DNA of 64,000 bases from Auanema rhodensis (taxonomy: Eukaryota > Animalia > Nematoda), in the NCBI GenBank assembly GCA_964057225.1, contig OZ059898.1:6572001-6636000 (forward strand), given 5' to 3'. This document shows, one piece after another, positions 1-12,481 of the stretch. The position numbers were made by a program, and so were the translations under genes. How positions within the stretch are numbered: position 1 is the first letter of the stretch; every line of letters starts with the position of its first letter. A model generated the notes under the pieces. The model ran no database searches, had not been told where the DNA came from, and worked only from the letters and a program-made list of their open reading frames with translations.

Positions 1-2086
1 TGTTTTTTTATTCAGTGCTTCGACGTTAGTTTTTAATATATTGTTAAATAAATATTATAAAATTATAGCGATCTTAAAGATATTCAATTAGCATCTAATT
101 ATGCCAAACGATTTCTTCCTGATGTTCAATTCAATCTGATTGCTATTGGTGATGCTGAAGCTGCTTTTGAAAATGTTTAATTTAAAATCTTTTTAAAATC
201 TAAAAACTCATTATAGAATTTCCCATACGCTATCCTTTATTCATTTGATTACCTAATGACTAAAGTTGATTTTCATGTTTGTCTCAAAGCCCTTATGTGT
301 GGATATCTGAAACAATGTAATTCTTATAAATCAGAAGATTTTTTTCATTTGTTTAGGTGATGCGCAAGCATCAACTGCGTTTTTCACTGTCATGGTCGTA
401 ACAGATAGTGTGACAACCACCGAGGTCGTGACAACTCCTACGACAAGAGCAATGGATACAACACCATCAAGTACATCAAGACCAACTTTGCCACCAACAA
501 CGAAAGCTGCTACTACTCCGGTTCCTACTATTACTAACTCAACTGGAGCTTGTGAGTACGTAAAAAGTTGTTGAAGAATCCTGTTCTATCATGCGCATTT
601 TGATAGATGTGATCCTGCTAAAGTTTGGAATGATGTCATTTACCTTGTTGAATCATCTGATGCATCAGGCAGAAAAAATTTGGAAGATGTAAGCTATTAT
701 CTTATTTATCCTTCTTTACATTTTTTTTAGATTTGGACATATATTCAATCTATTAGTACGTATTATAACATTCAAAAGAGTAATTACTCAGCAACCGTAT
801 GTTTCACATTAAAAACAAATAGATTTTTTTTAAATTTTAGGATAATTATATGCGTGTTGGTATCATTTTATACTCCGATGATGCTCATCTTGTAGCTCCA
901 TTAGGAACACTTGATTATAATGATATATTTAATATGGAACTTCCATACATTAGTGGAGCAAAGGATGGTCCAAATATTGCAGCGTTAGGCACAACAGATT
1001 TTATTACAAAAACAAAAACAATTATAGTGGGATACTAATGGCTTATAATCAATTTTCTGAAAACTATGAGCGCCCAAATACTAAAAAAGTTATCGTATTA
1101 ATCGGATCTACATACAAGTATAATTAATATTTTATAAAAATTAAAATATTTTTCATTTAAAGTTATTTGTTAGGCTATATTTCATAATACTTCTTTGATT
1201 TAGTCATGATAATAAGGATTCACCCCAAAAAGTAATGGATGAGTTTCATGAAGATAGTGGAATCTCTATTGTTCTTAGTAAGTGTCATTCATTTCTTGTA
1301 TACAAACTTTATAAAAATTTTTTTTTTGTGTTTAGACTATATACCAGTAAATGGATTCCCAGCTCCCTTTTTCGAACAACTTGCATCACCTGGCTATTTT
1401 CTAAATTCCGAAGTTAATACAGTAGCTGATATGCTACAAGCTCAATGTGATGGTAAACATCTACATACATTTATTTCTTCAAGAAATATTTTATATTTAA
1501 GCAAACTGCTTCTGTCGAAATAATTTTCATTACATCCCAAAGGGTACTAGAAAACTTCCAACACACGGTGATCAAAGTTTTACTTACGTATTAAACATAT
1601 GTTTTAGGTTGTTTAATGGGTGTTGATTTACAAGGAAATTATGCCCTTGCTGAAAGAAATTGCCGAAATAACTACTATGGAGCCCACTTTCCTATAGTAG
1701 ATTCAGAAGAAATAGACTTATTCTTATCCAATAGTAAACTGTTTCTTCTTCAATATTAATATGTTTTTTTAATAATTTTCAGTGACACTACAATCATATT
1801 ACATTGGATTAAGTCTTAAGTCAGATGGAACATGGAGATGGGATGATGGAACACCTGTTAGTTATCTTTACATAACTCGAATATTACTATTATGTTTTAT
1901 TTGCAGCTTGGATCATATAGACCATGGGTAGTTCCAGCTACAACTGATAGTAGAGATGGTGCATGTGCAATTGCGCTTAAAGGTGGTAGAACTGGATGGG
2001 CTCAAACTAATTGTCGTAACGCATATGAATATGTTTGTGAAGGAACTCCATGTTCTAGTACAAATTATTGTTCAACAATTAATTGA
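1..2086 (+). CDS. Multi-exon vWA + C-type lectin domain protein with Thr-rich linker (5' end outside window)
   Basis: Thr/Pro-rich mucin-like exon (392-550); vWA motifs DVIYLVESS and MRVGIILYSDDAHLVAPL; terminal CTLD exons YYIGLSL..WRWDDGT and C..GW...C...Y.YVCEGTPCS..NYC; stop at 2086. Confidence 0.8.
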
Positions 2087-2562
2087 TTTCTTTTTAAAAA
2101 CAAAAGAACATAATGATCATAAAATTAAATATTAACTAGCAAAATGTTTTTCAATTTGACGCAAATAACTAACAAAATTAATTTAGTGATAGTATTTACA
2201 AAATATAAATATAATTTAAATAAAATTAATTTTATATAATTATATTTTTTTATTAAATTTTGTAATTTAATAATGTTTATATGATATAATTTAAATATTT
2301 AGCTATATATTATATATTATAATTAAAGTTTTTTGTACATTATGCTGAACTTTTGTACCATCGTGCTCTTCTCAGATTTATAATATTTTTTTTTATAATT
2401 ATATAATTATTTATACTTTTTATAGACATCTAAGTTCTAACGATGTTTCATTTATTTCAATTTTAATAATTCCAAATATAAATTATATTTAGTACAAAAG
2501 TTATATTTTGCTGTGTTTACTTTGCAAAAATTACAAAAATAACAACAATATAAGAGAAGAAG

Positions 2563-2610
2563 AATGGATGGATGGATGAATGAATGGATGGATGGATGGA
2601 TGGATGGATA
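2563..2610. repeat. (GGAT)n microsatellite
   Basis: Tandem ggat/gaat units seen directly. Confidence 0.85.
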
Positions 2611-2817
2611 GATCGACGGACCGACGACAAGCTACCAGCTCCACCCATATTCCCGCCTCCTCTTTCTTTCTGCTCTCTTTTTCTTCCCCTTTATATCATA
2701 TATCTTTATTTCTATTTTTTTTTCATTTCTGGTCATATTTTTAATTTTGAACTACACTTGTTCTCTTCTGCATAATAAACGAAAAATTAAGTTGTTTCTT
2801 TCAGGCCTTATGTTTCT

Positions 2818-5800
2818 ATGAATTTTCATTATCAGCTGTTCTCTGTTCTCCTTTATATGGGATTTGTTGGTAAGATTTTCTATTTTTCTTCTTCTCCAAT
2901 TCACAATATATAACTATTTTTCGTGATTTTCATTGATTTAACCTTTCTTTTTATTAATTATATTTAATTTTCAATTCAAAATTAAAATAAGGAAGATCAT
3001 TACTTTATGAATAAATATATTGTAAAATATATTTTTACTTCCTATTCACTCATTATTCATTTATCTGAACTTCCTTTCCCTCTACCCTTTTCGACGTCTA
3101 TAAAATTAGTTAGGAATAGCTTTACTAGGAATTTTTATTAAATGAAACTACTTCAAAACGTTTATGTTATTTCGAGCCATGTTATAACGAATGCCCTTTT
3201 AGCTTTATAAAATATTATTTTTGATTTAATTTTCACTAACAAAAAAAAGTTTAGATCTTTGAAAGTGCAATGGAATATACTGACGAAAAAAATCAAAGAT
3301 TGAATATGAAGTTTTAGTTCAAAAAGAGAGACATAAGTGACCGTTCCAGGAATAAATTTGATATTTTTTCAATTCCAACCTTTTTACTTTTGCTCTTTTC
3401 TCCCATAATTTATGTCCGTTTGTGCGTCAAGTAGTAATTTAAGAAATGGAAAGAAGTGTGAGCGAGAGAATTTAAATAAGGTTTTGAAGCATTTTGAATG
3501 ACTTACAATTCAAAATTCAAAATCTTTTGTGGTCCTCTCTTATCCTGTCCAAAGAAAATCATGTCAAGCATTTTATCATTACAGCTTTTAAATAATGCTG
3601 TAAATACTCTCCTATATATAGATATATATATAGCAATGTTTTCTTTAAACAAATATAGGATTATATCAGTGAAAAGAAAAGAAAAAGAAAATCAAGAATT
3701 TGTAAAAAGATAGTGTATATATTTTTGAGATGAAATAGATAGTAAAAAAAGAAAAAAATTATATGTGAAAGAGAGAGATAGAAGAAAAAGAAATTATATA
3801 TCAGATAGACAACTATAGATGAGAACGTGAGGGAATAGATAAAGAATAGAATTGTTAAACACAGCGAAAGCAAAAAGAGTCCACATTACCCATGAAGAGC
3901 AAGCAGAGTAAGGCAAATCGTGAGCAAATCTAATTTTGTCTTCGTTTCACAGCATAGGCTTTAACACTGATGACACCAGGGTAGGTCTCAAATCTTTGGA
4001 ATTATTTTCCAGAACTTGGTATAATTCAAAATATACATATCTTTACATACATTCTATACCATTTTTTTCGGAGTAATGAAAAGCTGAATATTCATTTTGA
4101 AACAAAATATAATTAGAAATAAACTTTTAATAAAGTTATATCTTATACTATTTAAACACTTTGTTTTGTTTTTGACTTGAAAAAAAATTTTTTTTCTGAG
4201 AAATTATTTCAAATTCCTCAGGGGTTTCAGTGTTTTTTCTCTTTATTATCTTCTTCTATAGCACAACCAATAGGATCTTGATGATTTCTATTTCTAAGTT
4301 TTTTCGGACTGAAGTTCAATGTTGTTTTCAGTATTTTACTGAATAAGAAGCTGTTGTGTTTCAAAAAATATATATATTCAACTGGGGAATCATTTATATA
4401 AATGCGTTTAATAGATATACTACGTTTGTTCCAAGTTTTGATAACTCAAAACTTAAAAAGATTGAACCAAAAAACTTTATTGTAAGGCAATATTAGAAGG
4501 GAGGAGGTTTATTGAGAAGCTTATGATTATATATAGATCCATAGGGATTATATGAAAAGGAAAACACAAAAAATATGTCATGATATAGAGTAAATAATCG
4601 TTCAGAACATCTTTGTTTTATAAAGAATGAAGTAAAAAAAACAACAAATAAGTGCAATTTTTACATGTTATCTCTTTCAGAATGTGATGAAACATTAAGA
4701 AAGCTTTATAGAAAATTACTAGCTGATTATCAAAAAGAGGTTTGTTATTCTATACATAGTACAAAATTTTAAAATATTAATATATATATATAATTTTTTC
4801 ATAATATTTTAAAGGTTCGACCTGCAGTACGACATGATCATCCTATTAATGTGACATTCGTCTTCTCTCTTACCCAAATTATTGATGTTGTAAGTTTATA
4901 TATATATATATATATAATTTATTTTTATATTTTAATTAAATATTTCATTTTGAATCTTTTAGTAGTACTCTTTAAAGGACAATTTTAAAATCTATTTATA
5001 AAGAGAATGAAATTATTCTTCATACTTTACATACTTACAGAAAAACTAAACAAAAAAAACTTTTTCTTGCACTGAATTATTCTATTTTCTTAAATAAAAA
5101 AGTTTAATAATATAATTCATTTTCATTTTCAGGATGAACGCAATCAAATTTTGACAACGAATGCTTGGGTTAGGCAGGAATGGACAGATTATAAGCTAGT
5201 GTGGGATCCTAGAATGTTTGATAACTTAACAAGAATACATATCCCTCATTATAAAATATGGAAACCAGATATAATTCTTTACAACAAGTAAGTTTTACTT
5301 TATAATTTAAAAATTTTGAAATATTTATATTTACTATAAACTATTTAGTGCTGATTCTCAATATAGTAAATCTATTATGTCTACTGATGTTATTATTGAC
5401 TATCTGGGAAATGTTAGTTGGGCATCAGCATCAATTTTCAAGTTGTTTAAGTTTTATTTTTGCAAAATAATAATTTAATTTAGATCATCTTGTCCTTTAG
5501 ATGTAAAACACTATCCATTTGACCAACAAACGTGTACTCTTAAGTATGCCAGTTGGGCATATGATGGAACGAAAATTGATCTCCAACTTCATTCAGAGCT
5601 AGGTAAATCAGTAGTTCTTTGGAGCTTAAATTTAATTTTTCAAACATAACATCATGTTAAGGTGATCAAGCAAATTATATGATGAGCACAGAATGGAACT
5701 TGCTTCGTATAAGGTTTTTCTTTACAAATTTGAATACCGTTATTGATGTTATTTAGTGCTGAGAAAAATGCTGTAGTATATAGTTGTTGCCCTGATGCCC

Positions 5801-7356
5801 CATATCCATTTGTCGATATTCATATCAGCATTGAGAGAAGGCCAATGTTTTACGTAATTTTTTTGAATTTAATTTTTTTTTTCATTTGCTGTTGCAGGTA
5901 TTTAATCTGATCTTGCCTTGTGTTCTTATTAGTGGAATAGCTTTATTAGGCTTTTATATGCCTACAGATTCTGGCGAAAAAGTCACATTAGGCATTACAT
6001 CTCTGCTATCAACAACCGTGTTTCTGATGCTTGTAGCTGAAGGAATGCCTCCCACTTCTGAGGCTCTTCCACTAATAGGTTAGGCATTTGGTTTGTAAGC
6101 ATTTTTCAGAATTTTTTTCAGGTATTTATTATGGAGTAACTATTGTATTAGTCTCGTTAGCTACTGCAATGACAGTATTTACGGTTTGTTCTCATAATGC
6201 AAAGTTATTGTCTAAATATTTACTGTAATTCAGCTTAATGTTCATCATCAAGGTTTACATGGCAATCCTGTTCCCCCTGTTCTACAAGTGCTTCTCTTCA
6301 AAATTCTTGCTCCAATTATCTGTATCCGTCTAGAGCCGTATCATTCAATTACGCAGCATGTTCGATATATGTATGCTGTAAGTTAACTGCATTTACATCC
6401 ATAACATATCGTGATGTTCCTTTATTTTTATTTGTATGATTTCCAGAAAGATCATCCAGAAGATCAACTACCATTTTTGGCTCAGTTAAAACCAATAACT
6501 GATGAAGTGAAGCTGCCTTTAGAAAAAGAAAGAAATGCCTCTTCACAAGGAATTCAAACTTTAACGGACGAGTTATCCACAGCAAACAAAAGTCCGAAAA
6601 AAGTTAAAAAGGTAAACTTTTTTTTATTTCGAAAAAACTCGAATCGAGAATACCAGCATTTCTTATCTTACAGCCAGCCAGTTCATCAGCAGGGAGATAT
6701 CGAAAAATTGATGTAATTAAACTAATTATCTATGTATTATTCATAGCTTTTAGCTCCATTTTTTTAGAATTACCTTAGTTATTAGATTGTATTATTAAGA
6801 AATATAGAAAAGCTGCTTCTTGTGATGTGCACAAGGCATTTCAACGCTTTAGTGATTTAATCAGAGCTTGTAATAGAAGCTTAGTATTTTGCATGATACT
6901 CTTGCTAACATATGCATTTAGATTATTGAGTTTTAAGTATAAATACTTCACAAATCACGTTTAGGTTTCTTTCTCTTCACCGGTACACATGGATGATTCT
7001 CGAAGCAAATCAGTTGTATATCTTTCTCGACAACCAGAAACTTCGGATACTAGTATTGATCCTTTTGAAGCCGATTTTCTCAAAGTGATGGCAATGGTTC
7101 ATGCAAGCATTGAACGAAATGAAATGAGAGTGGCAGAAAAAGATCGTCGTGATGCAACTCAATTAGAATGGCATCAGGTAAGAAGTTATTCAACTATAAA
7201 ACTATATTATAAATATTAACATTAAATTTGAATTTTTAAATAATGTTTCAGGTTGCAATGGTCTTGGATAGATTTTTACTTATTGTATTTCTTTTTGGGA
7301 CTGCGTTATCTTCATTTGTCATTTTATATCAAAGAGAATTGGGAATCTTCGAATAA
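2818..7356 (+). CDS. acr-26: Nicotinic acetylcholine receptor alpha subunit, ACR-26-like
   Basis: Signal exon [17 protein letters not shown]; [12 protein letters not shown]; WKPDIILYN; Cys-loop [15 protein letters not shown]; loop [11 protein letters not shown] (alpha type); TM1-2 [54 protein letters not shown]; TM4 [14 protein letters not shown]. Family certain, orthology from recalled sequence. Confidence 0.75.
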
Positions 7357-7557
7357 TCTAAATAATACACATTGTTTATCGAAATTTTCAATGTACCTTA
7401 TATCAGTATAAGATGATTTCGTCTTATATATGACGTAGTAAACAATAGTTAACGGGTATAACACATAGTTCTTTTTTTAATGTTTCATACATTTTTTTAA
7501 TAAATTAATTAGAAATTAATGATATTCGTATTTCACAGAAAATAACTCCCTTGCATA

Positions 7558-8251
7558 TTATACCGCTGGTTCAAACTGCATGCTAACGCTATTGATACAA
7601 TATCGTTCCCCCGTTTCTTTCGGTCCATCATCGAAAACATGTCCCAAATGAGCATTACACTGAAAATAGATAATTGTGTACACTGTAGTGACAAACTTCG
7701 TACATTCTTGCAACGAACTTCCGTTCGTTCCATACCATATGATTTATCTACTATTCTGGTTATGTTCATATCATTACCAACAGATTTTGAGAACGCAGGC
7801 CATCCACAACCTGCCCAAAATTTGGAGTCAGAACTGCAAAGAAACAATCAATATAAAGCTATATATCACAAATCTAACTTAAATAGTTCTGCTCCACAAC
7901 ATAAACAAACATAACGTCCTTTGTCAAAAAATTTGTCATACTTCCCAGAGGACGGGGGCTCAGTTCCTGAACAACCATATTATTTTTAATATTAATAATT
8001 TAATTAAAACTTGGACTAACCCGCTTGTCTAGTCACATCGTATTCCTCTGGTGAAAGAACAGTTTTCCATTCAGAGTCCGTAACATCAGCTGCTTTCTTA
8101 GTGATATCAAGCTTTTTAATTGCGGGCTCTAAAATTTTTTGTTCGATGATATATTCAGCAATATCGCCTTGCCTGCAGATGAAGAACTCATTTTTCTAAG
8201 AACCTGCCCAATCAGTACGCTGCCTGAAGATTTAAAACATGAACGAAGCAT
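7558..8251 (-). CDS. msrB: Methionine-R-sulfoxide reductase MsrB
   Basis: Spliced translation gives [56 protein letters not shown]. Confidence 0.93.
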
Positions 8252-8515
8252 GAAAAACTAAAATAAAGGAAATCAGGGTATCGTAACGAGAAGTCATGCG
8301 TCAGTTGAACACATTCAAAACACGGTAATACGTGATTGCGTATTTATCGAAAATGTAAATTTGACACAAATTCAAAGTACTCTTCTGTATTCTGACTATT
8401 GTGGTTTTCTTAGTATTTTTGATTGATATACTGTATAAACTGGTCGCATATATATGTAAAAAGTTTAGAACCTTTTGGGCATTTTGTTTGGAATTACGTC
8501 TTCTCAAACTAAATA

Positions 8516-10570
8516 ATGGCCGAAACAAAGTTTGTTATTTTAAAAAAAAAATAGTTTGACAGTTCATAATTTCAGTCTTCGTAATGAAGATTTTCGTAAA
8601 TTATTGGCATCTACACCTAGACGAAGTGCAACAGATACTCCTAGAGTTGAACATTCAAGTCATACTTTTAAACATCCAAAGAATAAGCCAGAAAAAAAGA
8701 AACCTCAGTTCAAACCAAAGCGGGTAAGTACTATATTTTTAAGTTGCAATTTTATTACCGATTTAGGATAAAACAGAAGAAGATGAAGAGTCTTCTCGTC
8801 TTAAAGAAATTCTTAAAAATTATAGAGATCGTGCAGCCGAACGCCGTCAAAAAGGAACTGAGGTTTTTCCTGAAAATGTATAGAAAAAAATATATGCTTA
8901 TATTTTTATTTAGGAATTTGATTTAGCTGAGCGACTAACTTCGGCATACCGACCTATACCTGGGGACTCTCAAGATAAAGCTAGAAAACAAGAGATTGAG
9001 GTTGAAAAGAAGAACTTATAAATAACGAACTACTGTTTTTAAGGAGTCCAAGTATCTTGGAGGAGATATGGAACATACTCACTTGGTCAAAGGTTTAGAT
9101 TATTCTCTGTTGAATAAAGTATAATCACAATAAGTGTTTAATTACTTAACTTTAAATTGTTTTTTATTAAGGTTAGAAGTGAAATAGCGAAATCTCAGCA
9201 TGAAGAAGAATCAAATGATGATCATATAGAAAAAGCTTATGTATGTTTTGTATTTAAAATGTTTGTAGTATTCATATTTAGAAAGAAGCTGAGGATGCCC
9301 CTACTGGAGAAGTAAAATTTGAAAGTATTATAGCTAGAAATATCCATACACTTCTATTCAAAAATGAACCTCCTCTTCGGTTAGTAGAGCTTTTGTATAT
9401 ATAGTTTTTATTATTTTTTTAAAGAAATGATTTATTTGGAAAAGGTAGAATGGCTTATGTAGTGAATATGGAAGATGAAGAAGAATCTGAGATTCCTACT
9501 ACTCTATTACGGTAATGAACTAAAAAAAAGCCTACTTATTCGTTTACTTTTTTTAGATCACTACAAGAATGTCCAAAGAATGAATCTAATGCAAACATAA
9601 ATGCTAATAATATGCTGATTTCTAAACTTACTCAAGTTCTTTCGTATCTTAGAACAGATCACAAAAAGAAAAAAAATAAGTCTGATATAACTGAAGAAGA
9701 TAAAGTTCAAAAAGATCAAAATATTTTTGATAATGTTGATGAATACATTCCAAGAAAAGAACGGGAACGCAAAGAGTATTTCATGCAATATGTCTTTCAT
9801 TAACTTCTTATTTTTTAGTGGTCGAAGCGATCAAAAAGAGAAGAAGAAAGGAAGTTATTTCAATGATGGTAAAGACAAAGGTAGAGATGGCGATGACCGC
9901 CATAAAGATCGAGACAGGTAGTTTTTTTTTTTTAAATCTTTATTCAATACGAACTTCAGAAGGGACCGTGAACGTGAGGATCGTCGTGAACGAGAAAGAG
10001 AACGAGAGAGAGAACGCGAGCGTCGTGAAGATGAAGAGAAGAACAAAAGACTTCAGGAGAAAATGGATAAACGTAGGAAAGAGCTGGAATCTGGAGGGTA
10101 TTGTAATTTTAAATATCTGAATATCAACGTTGTACGTTAGATATGACGAATGCTATCCCGGGGGATATGCTGAAATGGGTGGTGGAACATGGGATTCTGA
10201 TGAAGAAGAAGATCTTACAAAGATGGATATGGGCTCGAAAAAAGGAACGCTGAAAAGATGGGACTTTGAAAATGATGATGAATATGAAAGATATCAAGTT
10301 TGTGTTCTTAATATTGTGCTTACTTAAGAAACAAGTTTTAGAGAGGCCGAGAGGCTAATCCAAAGGCTGCTTTCCAGTTTGGAGTTAAATCTTCAGATGG
10401 CCGAAAAACAAGAAAATCGGGTGATGCTAATAAGAAAATAGACCGTGAATTAGTTAAAATCAATGAAATTAATGAAAAACGGAAAACCGATGGTGACCGA
10501 AGGTTGGTATATGTTTTATTTATTTTTTTATTTGCTTATTTGCAGTGACTATAAAAGACCCAAATATTAA
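8516..10570 (+). CDS. smu-2: RED/IK splicing factor
   Basis: LRNEDFRKLL, ESKYLGGDMEHTHLVKGLDYSLL, RD/RE dipeptide tract, YDECYPG, C-terminal DYKRPKY. Confidence 0.93.
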
Positions 10571-10718
10571 TATCGGTATGTCTTTCATTATATTTACAAT
10601 ACATATGAATATGAATTCTTAAAATCGCTATGATTGCTGTCTGTAATAATGAATTTATAATTATAAAAATTTATTTCACAGTACATGGTACGAAAACCTT
10701 AGTCTTATCACTCATACT

Positions 10719-11453
10719 CTATTCCATAGTTTTTGCTACAATCGAGTGGATGAACGAAGAACGATCTTTGAAATTGTAAACAGTTTGCACTATATTTCCA
10801 TTCAAAGCATTGACAACGAGAGCATTTGCTGATATTTCACCTTCTCTATGACCTTTTGAACGAAAATGAATCTGAATAATACAGTTTTCTAAAATCAAAC
10901 GCGATGGCTTACACAAATTTGTTCACGTTTTCGGTTAATTTGAAAGAATATAGCTGGATTTTTATGAATAATATCTAAAGCATTGGAAATATTTTCCCTA
11001 AATGAATTAAATTAAAATACGATACATGTTTGAATTATCTAACCCAAGCCATCCATAGAATGTAAATTCTAGCGCTTTAACCAAATGTTTTGAACCCAAA
11101 TATATGATCAGTGATCTTTTACGCATTATTAATGCCTTAATAAATTATGCGTAACTTCATTCTACAATACTTACTTGGTTAATTGCTTTTTCGATTGCGT
11201 GTAAGTGAGCTGCATATTGATGATGGGAACAAATAATTCCGGAACAGTTATTACCATGCTCTTTCCCCCAATACAGTCCCCAAGCTGCCTAAATATTGAT
11301 TTCTATAACATTAAAATTTTAAAATGCTTCACTTTATTCCCGAATTCCACATTTGCTGCAGATATGTAAACGGCTTGTATCCCTCTAAAACAACTATAAT
11401 TATTATAGTTAAAACGGCCGTAACACATACTCTTCGTAGAAATCGCGGTGCAT
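10719..11453 (-). CDS. RNase H1-fold protein, predicted catalytically inactive (~170 aa, 6 exons)
   Basis: Spliced with canonical GT-AG introns: MHRDFYEEGIQAVYISAANVEFGNKAAWGLYWGKEHGNNCSGIICSHHQYAAHLHAIEKAINQALIMRKRSLIIYLGSKHLVKALEFTFYGWLGEN...NPAIFFQINRKREQICIHFRSKGHREGEISANALVVNAL...; colinear with RNase H1 motifs. Confidence 0.7.
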
Positions 11454-12481
11454 CAATGCTTTTGGTTTTGACAAAAACTGATATAAATTTATTTTCAAAA
11501 ACTGTACGCGAAAAAAATTAGCATTTCTGCCAACATTATGCTAATTTAAATTATTTGATAACTTCTGATAAACTTAAAAATCTCAATGATATGTCGAAAA
11601 TAAAGACATAGTATGTATACTGTATGAAAGCAACAGTAATGCTATTGAAGTATGATCCAAAAGTACATGTGCAAAATAGTATGAATTAACATGCTTTGTA
11701 CTACTAAATGTAGCAATGCAGATTAGTTTTGTTTTTCATCAATAAGCTGTTTTATTAATAACAGTAAAATTAGTTTGTATTTTCTCTGAGTTTTATTGCC
11801 CCATCACAATATTCCTCTTGCTCACTTTTATCTCGTATGATATAAATATATAAATACATTTGAAGTAAAACATTTGCAACATGTATCATAAACAAAAATA
11901 TGTTCGAAGCCTTCAACGTGATATCTGAAGTGAATTCCACATAGGCTTTAATGTCTTTATGATGAAACCCAATGCATATTTCCTAGAAGATAAATTGGCT
12001 ATTTTTTCCATGTAAAATAAAAAGACAAAATTCAATTCTTAATAAAAAATTTATGAAAATTATTATGAATTTGTTAGAGAAATAGAAATATGTATATAAA
12101 TTTTGAGCAACAGAAGAAAACTGAGCAAACACTACAAATGATATGATCATACACAACATATTTTCACAGTTCGTGAACCTGAACAAAATAAAAAATCAAA
12201 CTCTGAAGAAACAAAAATGAACAGTATATATTCCTAATAATAACGCTCCAGGCGTTAAATTATCACGAATAAAACAAATAAAAACAACTTAAAAAAAATA
12301 AAAATGTGAAGTTTGCTCAACATGTAAAAAATATTCTAATATCTACATACAAAACTGTTGATACTTTACATAAAAATACCTGACTGAAAGGATAGGATTC
12401 GGAGACTAGATACAAAATTCAGAAACTTTCCGAACTTAGACTGAGATGTTTTCTTTTGTGATACTTTGGATACAACATTTT

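Noticed and set aside
9855-10046. SR-protein-like ORF on the minus strand
   Set aside because: Antisense shadow of the RE/RD tract of smu-2
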